Shown piece by piece: positions 19,326 to 27,428 of a stretch of DNA of 40,000 nucleotides. The stretch lies in contig JAIORD010000024.1 of NCBI GenBank assembly GCA_021108275.1, positions 61,172 to 101,171 on the forward strand. The letters are read 5' to 3'. The translations under genes were made by a program, and so were the position numbers. Positions within the stretch are counted from its first letter, which is position 1, and each line of letters begins with the position of its first letter. The notes beneath the pieces are model-generated. The model saw only the letters and a program-made list of their open reading frames with translations. It was not told the origin of the DNA and did no database searches. The DNA comes from Methanococcoides sp. Lineage in GTDB: Archaea > Halobacteriota > Methanosarcinia > Methanosarcinales > Methanosarcinaceae.

Positions 19326-19628
19326 TCTATTTCACTCCCTATTAATTTTAACATGTTCAATCTTATTATTTAGGATTGAACAGTATTAAATTATAACATG
19401 AAAATCTAAACTATATATACATAATTGTAATTAATTTACACAGAGGTATATTATTTAACTCAATAATATGTATTAAAATCTTATGCATCACGCATAATCA
19501 AGTGTACAAAGTCTATATCTTTTTCTTGAACATCATGAGATCTTTTTAATGCCATTTCACACCTTCCTTTATTGTGGGGTTTTTTGAAACATTGAAATTA
19601 TAGGCAATTCAGGTTTTGAATTATACTT

Positions 19629-19664
19629 GCACAACCCCGTACAAAAAAATCAAGTTACCTATAT
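19629..19664 (-). repeat. Casposon right terminal inverted repeat
   Basis: Its reverse complement matches 11082..11117 at 32 of 36 positions. Confidence 0.85.
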
Positions 19665-19684
19665 CCCCGCACAGCAAGTCGGGG
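19665..19684. repeat. Right copy of the 20-bp direct repeat (target-site duplication)
   Basis: ccccgcacagcaagtcgggg is identical to 11062..11081. Confidence 0.85.
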
Positions 19685-19740
19685 TAATAGTAATAGCCAA
19701 AAAACGCAACCATTCTAAATCCCCTTTAAAAAAATAAAAG

Positions 19741-21111
19741 TTATAAAGTGGTTTCTTTGTAATTTTCTAGTTTATTTAGAAATGGTTTATCTTTGTAGTT
19801 AAGAATAGTAAGAAGTGTCCTGTCAATAAAAAAGACCAATCTTGTATATTCTTCATAAGGATCTATGGCTCTTGTATCTAATTCTTCAGGAAATTTTCCA
19901 TCGTGTACTACTTTGTTTCTAAGTCTCATAAGGCTCTTATCTTCCGAAGTACAATCAATACGATATTTTTTGATAAGTGCATTTAACTTGTCATCAAAAG
20001 TTGTGTGTGGATATGCAATAGATTCTACAATTTTATCTATAATTTCATCTTCAAGAGGAACATCCTCTTTTTTGAGAACCTTTATCAATTTCTTTTTTGT
20101 TGACTTTTGCAAACTGGGAACAATAGTTTCTCCAATCGTTTCAAGGTAATTTTCAAAATTACTTAGTAAACTTTCTACAGCAACAAACATCAGCATAAAT
20201 TTTGCTTCAGTATATGGAGTGACCCCCGATGTTAAATATAAGGATATGATGGCATTTAACCGAAGTGTATTTTTGTATTCTTGATAACTATCATATGTAG
20301 TTTCTAAAAAGTATTTTATGGAACAGGAGGTTGGGGAATCGACATCAATTAGTTGGTCAGAACCGTTATAAGTATGTGCAAGCACTGGATTTAAAGTAGT
20401 TTTAATTATCCTACCCTCATAAAAATGATCCTCATATATCGGGCTTATGTAATTTCTAGTAGCTAATGATAACAGCCTTGATATATCAAAAATAATCTCT
20501 TTAGATTCATCTGTGCTATCAATCGATAGATTAACAATTGCTTCAGCAGTGACAAAACAGCCTTTTTTTTCAGTTAAACGACTTTTGATTTCAGCATAGT
20601 TTTCTACTTTTTTGAATAGAAATGACAAATCTCTTATATTTGCTTTGAATTTGTCTAATATTCTACTTCTACCATTTTTCGAATATTCACATCCTAAAAA
20701 TACAAAATTTGTAAGCCCATAATGACTTTCAACGTCAATTGACTTTTCATCAGAATAAACAATGTCGACATTTGATAAGCAAATCATTGATACTTTGTTT
20801 TTTACGTTTTCTCCAGATTTAGCTGATAAACCTGACGAAGTGACTAACAAACCCTCAATAGAAATGTGCCCAATTTCATTATTTTTATCCACAATAGAAC
20901 CGTTTAAATCTCCTTCTACAGAAGATTCTACCATGGTAAGTGTAGATAAATTTTCTTTTGTTAGCGCAAATTCTGTATGTACAATTATTCTTGAGTTTGA
21001 AAAAAATAAGAGTGTGAATTTAGCCTTTTGTTCGCATAATTTATCAGTCTTAAACGTAAAAGTTCCTTCCCCATTATATTCTCTTAATACCTCAGAATCC
21101 ATAATTTCCAA
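19741..21111 (-). CDS. Orphan 456-aa protein with a C-terminal HEPN-like domain (Rx4H), ApeA-like architecture
   Basis: C-terminal helical region FVAVESLLSNFE ... SLMRLRNKVVHDGKF contains R398-x4-H403 (codons at 19918-19920 and 19903-19905). The large N-terminal domain has no motif I can name. Confidence 0.6.
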   Translation of the reverse strand: MEIMDSEVLREYNGEGTFTFKTDKLCEQKAKFTLLFFSNSRIIVHTEFALTKENLSTLTMVESSVEGDLNGSIVDKNNEIGHISIEGLLVTSSGLSAKSGENVKNKVSMICLSNVDIVYSDEKSIDVESHYGLTNFVFLGCEYSKNGRSRILDKFKANIRDLSFLFKKVENYAEIKSRLTEKKGCFVTAEAIVNLSIDSTDESKEIIFDISRLLSLATRNYISPIYEDHFYEGRIIKTTLNPVLAHTYNGSDQLIDVDSPTSCSIKYFLETTYDSYQEYKNTLRLNAIISLYLTSGVTPYTEAKFMLMFVAVESLLSNFENYLETIGETIVPSLQKSTKKKLIKVLKKEDVPLEDEIIDKIVESIAYPHTTFDDKLNALIKKYRIDCTSEDKSLMRLRNKVVHDGKFPEELDTRAIDPYEEYTRLVFFIDRTLLTILNYKDKPFLNKLENYKETTL

Positions 21112-21230
21112 TCTCCAACATGAAGCAACAGGTTAATCTCTAAAATTTACTCTTAGAGGATAAATACTCTGCTAAACATATATATTTGTTTACAAAGTGT
21201 TTGGTCAAATAAAAAAAGAAAGGGTAAGAA

Positions 21231-21509
21231 TCAGAATCCACTTACCAATTTCCTCACTTCCTTTGTCCTGAAATTAAACTTCCCACCACTCAAAATCCTA
21301 TCTTTCATCCGTTTCAAACTGCTCCTCTGCATAACTCCATATTCCCTTGCTTCCTTTGGAGTCAGAGCCAATATCTTCCTCATGATCTCTTTCTCATCAA
21401 CAAATAACTGAGCCTTCTTCACATCAAGTTCCTCCTCATCAATGTTGTTGGCTTCCTTGCCAATGTAAACAATTCCATCAGCATGAACATGTTTCCTTTC
21501 AAGAACTTC
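21231..21509 (-). pseudogene. polB: Casposon PolB C-terminal fragment (about 93 codons), orientation opposite to the intact polB
   Basis: Manual translation VLERKHVHADGIVYIGKEANNIDEEELDVKKAQLFVDEK...LTPKEAREYG...FNFRTKEVRKLV aligns with the intact PolB tail ILERKHVHADSVIYIGKEANNIDEQELDVKKAQEFVDEK...LTPEKAREIG...LNFRSRNVKIIV. Homology ends near 21509. Confidence 0.8.
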
Positions 21510-21612
21510 AGTACCAGTATAAATGCTGCAAGAACAAACATAAATCCAAAATCTAAAGATCTCTACTGCCTAAACAACAAACATTATATAATTATTAGAC
21601 CAATTTTACTGC

Positions 21613-22875
21613 ATGGGGGAAATTGTAACTAAAGAATTAGCTGAGAGCTTGCATAAGTATAAGGTTATTGATATAAGGCCTATTGATGCTTATAATGGTT
21701 GGAGAGAAGGTGGGGAGGCAAGAGGTGGGCACATAAAGGGTGCGAAGACACTGCCGTATAAATGGTTACACTATATTGACTGGATAGAGATCGTCAGGAA
21801 TAAAGGGATCCTGCCGGAGGATTCTCTGGTCATTTATGGGTATGACGTGAATAGAACGGAAGAGGTGGCAAGGCAATTTGGGAAGGCCGGCTACCCTGAT
21901 GTGACTGTTTACAACTCTTTTCTTGAATGGGTGGAGAAGGACCTGCCCATGGAGCATCTTGAAAGATACAGTCAACTGGTCTCGTCGGATTGGCTTGATC
22001 AATTGATCACTACAAATAGCGCTCCAGAATATGAAAATGATAAGTTCGTGTTATGTCATTCTCACTACAGGAACCCTGCCGATTATGAGAAGGGGCATAT
22101 CACGGGAGCGATATCCATTGACACAACCTCCCTTGAATATGAGGATAACTGGAATCGCCGCTCGCCTGAAGAACTGAAGGAGGTCCTGGAAAATGCAGGC
22201 ATAACACATGACACAACGGTCATTCTTTATGGGAGGTTCTCCTCACCAAGTTATGATGATCCGTTCCCGGGAAGCAGCGCAGGCCATCTGGGTGCAATGA
22301 GATGCGCGTTCATCATGCTCTATGCAGGCGTAAAGGATGTTCGCATACTCAATGGCGGTATTCAGTCCTGGCTTGATTCAGGCTATGAGATCACAAAGGA
22401 CCCTGCTGAAAATAATAGAGTATCCTTTGGCATCGACATTCCTCAAAGACCGGAGATCGTTGTTGATCTTGAAGAAGCAAAAGATATCCTTGCATCTCCT
22501 GACAAGAACCTGGTGTGCATCAGAAGCTGGAGAGAATACATCGGGGAAATAAGTGGCTATCACTATATCGATGAGAAGGGAAGGATACCCGGAGCAGTGT
22601 TCGGGGATTGCGGAACAGATGCCTACCACATGGAGAACTACAGGAACCTGGACCACACCATGAGCGAAGCTCAGGAAACTGCAGAGGTCTGGGAAAAGAT
22701 AGGAATAGTTCCCGAAAAGCGCAACGCCTTCTACTGCGGAACAGGCTGGAGGGGGAGTGAGGCCTTCTTTAACGCCTGGCTCATGGGCTGGGACAACGCA
22801 GCAGTCTATGATGGGGGATGGCTTGAATGGAGCAATAACAAGCTTCCTTCTGAAAAGGGTGTGCCTGAACAATGA
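21613..22875 (+). CDS. Multi-rhodanese-domain sulfurtransferase (EanB-like candidate)
   Basis: 420 aa with rhodanese repeats and an active-site loop YCGTGWRGSEAFF. Its stop overlaps the start of the EgtD-like gene (ATGA). Confidence 0.7.
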   Translation: MGEIVTKELAESLHKYKVIDIRPIDAYNGWREGGEARGGHIKGAKTLPYKWLHYIDWIEIVRNKGILPEDSLVIYGYDVNRTEEVARQFGKAGYPDVTVYNSFLEWVEKDLPMEHLERYSQLVSSDWLDQLITTNSAPEYENDKFVLCHSHYRNPADYEKGHITGAISIDTTSLEYEDNWNRRSPEELKEVLENAGITHDTTVILYGRFSSPSYDDPFPGSSAGHLGAMRCAFIMLYAGVKDVRILNGGIQSWLDSGYEITKDPAENNRVSFGIDIPQRPEIVVDLEEAKDILASPDKNLVCIRSWREYIGEISGYHYIDEKGRIPGAVFGDCGTDAYHMENYRNLDHTMSEAQETAEVWEKIGIVPEKRNAFYCGTGWRGSEAFFNAWLMGWDNAAVYDGGWLEWSNNKLPSEKGVPEQ

Positions 22876-23834
22876 TAATAGAAGATTTCATGCCCGATAT
22901 CGGAGAAAGTTCAATTCGGGAAGAACTGCTGGCATGCCTGAGGTCAAATCCTAAAACCCTTCCCAGCATGTTCTTCTACGACCATCATGGGTCAGAATTA
23001 TTCGAGAAGATAACCAGGTTAGAAGAATATTATCCTCCAAAGATCGAGATCCCATTGCTTAGATCAACTGCTCAAAAGTTGAAACAACAGATCGAAGACA
23101 ATGATCTTGTAGAGCTTGGAAGCGGGGACTGTTCAAAGATCTCAGTATTCCTCGATGAAGTGCCAAAAGAGATCCGTCAGACAATAGTGTATTATCCGGT
23201 TGACGTCTGCAAAGATTCCATAGAGAGATCCGCTTGTAATCTTCAGGGCAAATACCCCGAAATGAAGGTCCACGGGATCACCGCTGACTTCCTTGAACAT
23301 ATTGAAAAGATCCCGGGAAAAAGAAAAAGGCTCTTCTGTTTCTTCGGAAGCACAATAGGCAATCTTACTGAAGCAAGATCAATTGAATTCATGACCGATC
23401 TTGGCAAAGTAATGAACAAGAACGACAGGCTCCTCCTTGGAATGGATATGGTAAAAGATATTGGTATCATCGAGAAAGCCTACAATGATAGCCAGGGGAT
23501 CACTGCCGAATTCAATAAGAATATATTGAAGGTTGCAAATGATCATCTTGAGACCGATTTCGATCCTGAGGAATTTGAGCATCTTGCATTCTTCAATAGA
23601 AAAGATTCCCGGATCGAGATGCATTTGAAGGCAAAAAAAGATATGGAAGTGACAAGCCCCATATTGGATGAGAAAATAATCTTCAAAAAAGGCGAGACGA
23701 TACACACAGAGAACTCCCATAAATATACTGTTGATGGTATCGAAAAAATGGCAGGAGCTGCAGGGCTTTCTGTAGAAAATATCTTTAGCGATGATAAAAA
23801 ATGGTTCTCTCTTGTTGAAATGGTGAAAAGATGA
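22872..23834 (+). CDS. egtD: L-histidine N-alpha-methyltransferase, EgtD/EanA family
   Basis: EgtD signature blocks FFYDHHGSELFEKITRLEEYYPPKIE, VELGSGDCSK, FFGSTIGNL, LLLGMDMVKD, AYNDSQGITAEFNKNIL and TENSHKY. Confidence 0.8.
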   Translation: MIIEDFMPDIGESSIREELLACLRSNPKTLPSMFFYDHHGSELFEKITRLEEYYPPKIEIPLLRSTAQKLKQQIEDNDLVELGSGDCSKISVFLDEVPKEIRQTIVYYPVDVCKDSIERSACNLQGKYPEMKVHGITADFLEHIEKIPGKRKRLFCFFGSTIGNLTEARSIEFMTDLGKVMNKNDRLLLGMDMVKDIGIIEKAYNDSQGITAEFNKNILKVANDHLETDFDPEEFEHLAFFNRKDSRIEMHLKAKKDMEVTSPILDEKIIFKKGETIHTENSHKYTVDGIEKMAGAAGLSVENIFSDDKKWFSLVEMVKR

Positions 23835-25012
23835 AAGACCTTGCAAACGATTTCCCTATACTTGAACAGAAGGTGTATGGAAAACGACTGGTGTATCTTG
23901 ATAACGCAGCAACGACCCAAAAACCTAACTCTGTGATCGATACCATATCTGATTACTATCGGACAGATAACAGTAATATCCATAGGGGCGCGCATTACCT
24001 GAGCGAGGTCTCAAGTGAAAGGTATGAGGAAGCACGAAAAAAAGTCAGTGACTTCATAGGTGCTCGTAACTCAAGTGAAGTGACATTCACCTCCGGAACG
24101 ACCGGTTCCATCAATCAGGTCGCACGCTCGCTTGGACCTTCCTTAAGGGGAAAAGAAGTTTTGGTGACCGGTGTGGAACACCACTCGAATATCGTGCCTT
24201 GGCAGCTTGCAGGAGCAACAGTAAATGCAATTCCGATGGATGAGGATTGCAATTTGCTGATAGACTCAATGGAGATCACGAACAAGACAAAATTGATAGC
24301 CATAGCTCATGTCTCAAATGTCCTTGGTTGTGTAAATGAGATCAAAGAGATCACTGAAATTGCAAAGGACCACGATATACCGGTCCTGGTGGATGCAGCC
24401 CAGTCAATACAGCATTTGCCTCTTGATGTAAAGGACATAGGTTGCGATTTTTTGGCTTTCTCAGGCCATAAGATGTATGCATCCACCGGAGTTGGAGTGC
24501 TTTATACGAGCGACCGCTTCAGTGATATTACGCCTGCAATAGGCGGAGGGGGCATGATCGATAGGGTAAGTCTTGATAAGACAACTTATCTGGACCCTCC
24601 TTTAAGATTTGAAGCAGGTACACCGGATATTGCAGGAGCAATAAGTATCAGTGCAGCGATCGATCACATGCAAAAGATAGGCATGGATAAAATAAAAAAG
24701 CATGAGCAAGAGGTATATTCCTACTCAAGGGATAGACTGTTGGAAATGGATAATGTGACTGTCTACGGAAATACTAATGAGATGTGCGGAGCCATCTCAT
24801 TTAATCTGGACAATATCCACCATTATGATACAGGCTTGATATTGGACAAGATGGGGGTTGCTGTCAGGACCGGACATCATTGCGCCCAACCATTGATGGG
24901 ATCCCTCGGAATAGAAGGCACAGTGAGAGCAAGTTTTGCATTGTACAATACAAAAGAAGATGTTGACATGCTGATCGAAGGAATAGAGAAAGTAGAGATG
25001 ATGTACAAGTGA
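23831..25012 (+). CDS. Cysteine desulfurase (SufS/CsdA-type, class V aminotransferase)
   Basis: Blocks YLDNAATTQKP, HRGAHYLS, SGHKMYASTGVGVLY (PLP Lys) and RTGHHCAQP (catalytic Cys loop). Confidence 0.85.
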   Translation: MKDLANDFPILEQKVYGKRLVYLDNAATTQKPNSVIDTISDYYRTDNSNIHRGAHYLSEVSSERYEEARKKVSDFIGARNSSEVTFTSGTTGSINQVARSLGPSLRGKEVLVTGVEHHSNIVPWQLAGATVNAIPMDEDCNLLIDSMEITNKTKLIAIAHVSNVLGCVNEIKEITEIAKDHDIPVLVDAAQSIQHLPLDVKDIGCDFLAFSGHKMYASTGVGVLYTSDRFSDITPAIGGGGMIDRVSLDKTTYLDPPLRFEAGTPDIAGAISISAAIDHMQKIGMDKIKKHEQEVYSYSRDRLLEMDNVTVYGNTNEMCGAISFNLDNIHHYDTGLILDKMGVAVRTGHHCAQPLMGSLGIEGTVRASFALYNTKEDVDMLIEGIEKVEMMYK

Positions 25013-25434
25013 ACGACGCTATTCAGAATGAGATCATAGAAGAATTTGACGGCCTTGAATGGTTTGACAAATATTCCCTCCTCATCTCTTTCGGCAAAAA
25101 GCTCAAACCCATGGATGAGGAGTTTAAGACCGAAGACAATTCGATCAGCGGATGTCAATCCAAAGTTTGGGTTAGAAGTTACAACAAGGATGGAAAATTG
25201 AGCTTCGATCTCGATAGTGATGCGATGATAACTAAAGGGATCATTGCCCTTGTAGCTAAGGTGGTGAACGATCGATATCCCCAGGAGATCTTAAATGCTG
25301 ACCTGTATTTTATTGACAAGATCGGATTGAAGTCAAATCTCTCGCCTGCAAGATCGAATGGACTTGAATCGATCATCAATAGGATAAAAGAGGTAGCTAC
25401 AAATGAGGCGAATTCGAACGATTTAAAAAATTAA
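25009..25434 (+). CDS. sufE: SufE-like sulfur acceptor protein
   Basis: 141 aa with the SGCQSKVW motif containing the acceptor Cys. GTG start overlaps the desulfurase stop. Confidence 0.75.
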   Translation: MNDAIQNEIIEEFDGLEWFDKYSLLISFGKKLKPMDEEFKTEDNSISGCQSKVWVRSYNKDGKLSFDLDSDAMITKGIIALVAKVVNDRYPQEILNADLYFIDKIGLKSNLSPARSNGLESIINRIKEVATNEANSNDLKN

Positions 25435-25573
25435 GACGTGTACCTCACGGACATTGTACACAAAGAGACCAAACATAAAAGGGATCACTCATATGGTCCC
25501 GAAACATTCTTGACCGCAACCATAGAAAAGTTGAAGCCACTGTCTTTAAGTTAAAATACTTTTTAAAAAAAGT

Positions 25574-25951
25574 TCAATCAACCATATTCAATATTTTCTT
25601 GTTCAGCTCCGAATTTTGTTCTATACAATCCTGAGTGTATTCATCAACGCATTCTTTATATGAGAATTCTGAAAGCTCGTAAAGCACTCTGTTCAAATTC
25701 CTGCCTTTGCTTGTCAGATGGTATTCTATGCACAACGGTGTTTTGGAAGTGATCTTCTTTTCTATCAGCTCGTCCTGTTCCAACTGGCGTAATTTATCGG
25801 ATAGGACTTTACTACTGAGTTTGGGATTGCTCTTTAAGAATTCATTGAAATGGATATTGCCACAGAACATGTCCCTTATAATATTAAGGGTCCACTTTTT
25901 GCTTATTATTTTGATCGCTTTATCTATCGGGCTGTGTTCCAACTTTCCCAT
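25574..25951 (-). CDS. HxlR-family winged-helix transcriptional regulator
   Basis: KWTLNIIRDMFCGNIHFNEFLKSNPKLSSKVLSDKLRQLEQDELIEK is the canonical HxlR pattern. Confidence 0.8.
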   Translation of the reverse strand: MGKLEHSPIDKAIKIISKKWTLNIIRDMFCGNIHFNEFLKSNPKLSSKVLSDKLRQLEQDELIEKKITSKTPLCIEYHLTSKGRNLNRVLYELSEFSYKECVDEYTQDCIEQNSELNKKILNMVD

Positions 25952-26137
25952 AAATTATCACCAGGTTACCAAATGGTAAGGTAAAGTAATTAAATAACTT
26001 TTTGTAATTAGAGGGTGCAATTATGGCTTTGCAGATAGCCCTTATGGTCTGGCGTAAAAGCTGAGGTATTATTTCAGATCCTAGATCGAAAGATACAGAT
26101 CAAGGCATTCTTAAAAAGTCTAAATGGAGATATAATC

Positions 26138-26641
26138 ATGGCAAAAATTACAACAAGTCTTATTGGCGAAGCATTGGTAGGAGAAGGAGATGAGATCGCT
26201 CATATCGATATTGTGATCGGTACAAAGGGAAGTCCAGTCGAGACCGCATTCATGAACGCACTTTCATCACCAAGCCAGGGACATACCCCATTGCTTGCAG
26301 TGCTTGAACCAAATGTGATACCAAAACCTGCAACCCTTTTAGTGAACAAGGTAACTATCAAGAATGCATCCCAGGCTATCCTTATGTTCGGACCTGCTCA
26401 GGCATCCGTTGCAAAAGCTGTAATGGACAGTGTTGCAGAAGGCGTGATCCCAAAGGAAGAAGCAGAAAATTTACTGATAATCGTCTCAGTGTTCATCCAG
26501 TGGAATGCAATAGACAAAGAAAAGATCTACGAGTACAACTACGAAGCAACAAAGCTTGCATTAAAGCGTGCTGTCGAAGGAACACCTACCGTAGATGAAG
26601 CACTTGCAAAGAAGGACTGTGCAGAACACCCATTCGCTTAA
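26138..26641 (+). CDS. fae: Formaldehyde-activating enzyme (5,6,7,8-tetrahydromethanopterin hydro-lyase)
   Basis: 167 aa; LIGEALVGEGDEIAHIDIVIGTKGSPVETAF...GHTPLLAV is typical of Fae. Confidence 0.85.
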   Translation: MAKITTSLIGEALVGEGDEIAHIDIVIGTKGSPVETAFMNALSSPSQGHTPLLAVLEPNVIPKPATLLVNKVTIKNASQAILMFGPAQASVAKAVMDSVAEGVIPKEEAENLLIIVSVFIQWNAIDKEKIYEYNYEATKLALKRAVEGTPTVDEALAKKDCAEHPFA

Positions 26642-26651
26642 ATGAAGACTT

Positions 26652-26690
26652 CCTGTGAGTAAGATCACAGGACATCCTTATTTTTATTTT
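26652..26690 (+). terminator. Hairpin plus T-rich tract downstream of fae
   Basis: cctgtga-gtaaga-tcacagg (7-bp stem) is followed by ttatttttatttt. Confidence 0.4.
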
Positions 26691-26843
26691 AAAAAATAAT
26701 TCAGTAAACGGATCGCTCTTCTGGCAGCCGTATACGTTTAACCGTAGCGTTTAATTTTTTCATTCGATTGTTGAGAAGAGATTCAACAACCCCAACAGCA
26801 CACCTCCGATAATATTATACACTCAGAGGTCCTATCTTTTAAT

Positions 26844-27428
26844 ATGCCATATCCAGTTGCACATGTTATGTTCTTCGTTTTCTGCATCTGTGCAATAGCA
26901 GTCTATACAACCCTGGTAGCACTCCTTCGCAAAGATATTTCATCCAGGAATATCATGCATATCCTGTTGCTACTGTTCGTAGGAGCATTCTTTGCATTGT
27001 ACCCGGACATAACGGCTGTTTATAATATACTTGTAAATGGTACCGTGGAACATTGCCAGATCGGATTCATACCAACGCATTCACTTCTGTTCAGTTCTTC
27101 CGCGATCCTATTTGGAACAATTATTGGATATGTGGCATATCGGGAATTTGGCAAGGCTGTATACATGGGGCTTTTTGCCGAAGCTGCATCCCTTTCACAT
27201 CTATTGCTGGATGACCTTGACGGAGCCGACATACAGTATTTTTATCCAATATACAATAGAACGATCAGCGTGTTCTCGTATATGGATAACGGATTAACAA
27301 GAGCTGATCTCATTCCTTACCTGCTGACATCCTATGCATATATCATCTTGATCTTTACTGTGATGATGTTGGCATTGTTTGCGTTGAATCACCTTGGTTT
27401 TGAGTTCGGATATAAGTCCAAAAAGTGA
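26844..27428 (+). CDS. Polytopic integral membrane protein (possibly a membrane-bound metal-dependent hydrolase family)
   Basis: 194 aa with 5-6 hydrophobic segments and His/Asp residues at helix ends. The family assignment is uncertain. Confidence 0.5.
   Translation: MPYPVAHVMFFVFCICAIAVYTTLVALLRKDISSRNIMHILLLLFVGAFFALYPDITAVYNILVNGTVEHCQIGFIPTHSLLFSSSAILFGTIIGYVAYREFGKAVYMGLFAEAASLSHLLLDDLDGADIQYFYPIYNRTISVFSYMDNGLTRADLIPYLLTSYAYIILIFTVMMLALFALNHLGFEFGYKSKK

Larger units (their letters stand above)
11082..19664. mobile_element. Casposon (family-2-like): Cas1 casposase, PolB, HNH, RHH/HTH genes and cargo, 8583 bp
   Basis: 36-bp TIRs (32/36 identical) lie at both ends with an identical 20-bp direct repeat outside them. 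Cas1 and protein-primed-type PolB lie in the divergent arrangement typical of casposons. There is no cas2 and no CRISPR array. Confidence 0.9.

Noticed and set aside
19685-19740. Possible degenerate TIR of the older, inverted casposon immediately right of the TSD (taatagtaatagccaaaaaacgcaacc...)
   Set aside because: Only a patchy resemblance to the 36-bp TIR is present (about 8 of 13 at the outer end, with an A-run in place of the T-run). This is not distinguishable from chance by eye, so it is left as a hypothesis inside the PolB-relic finding.
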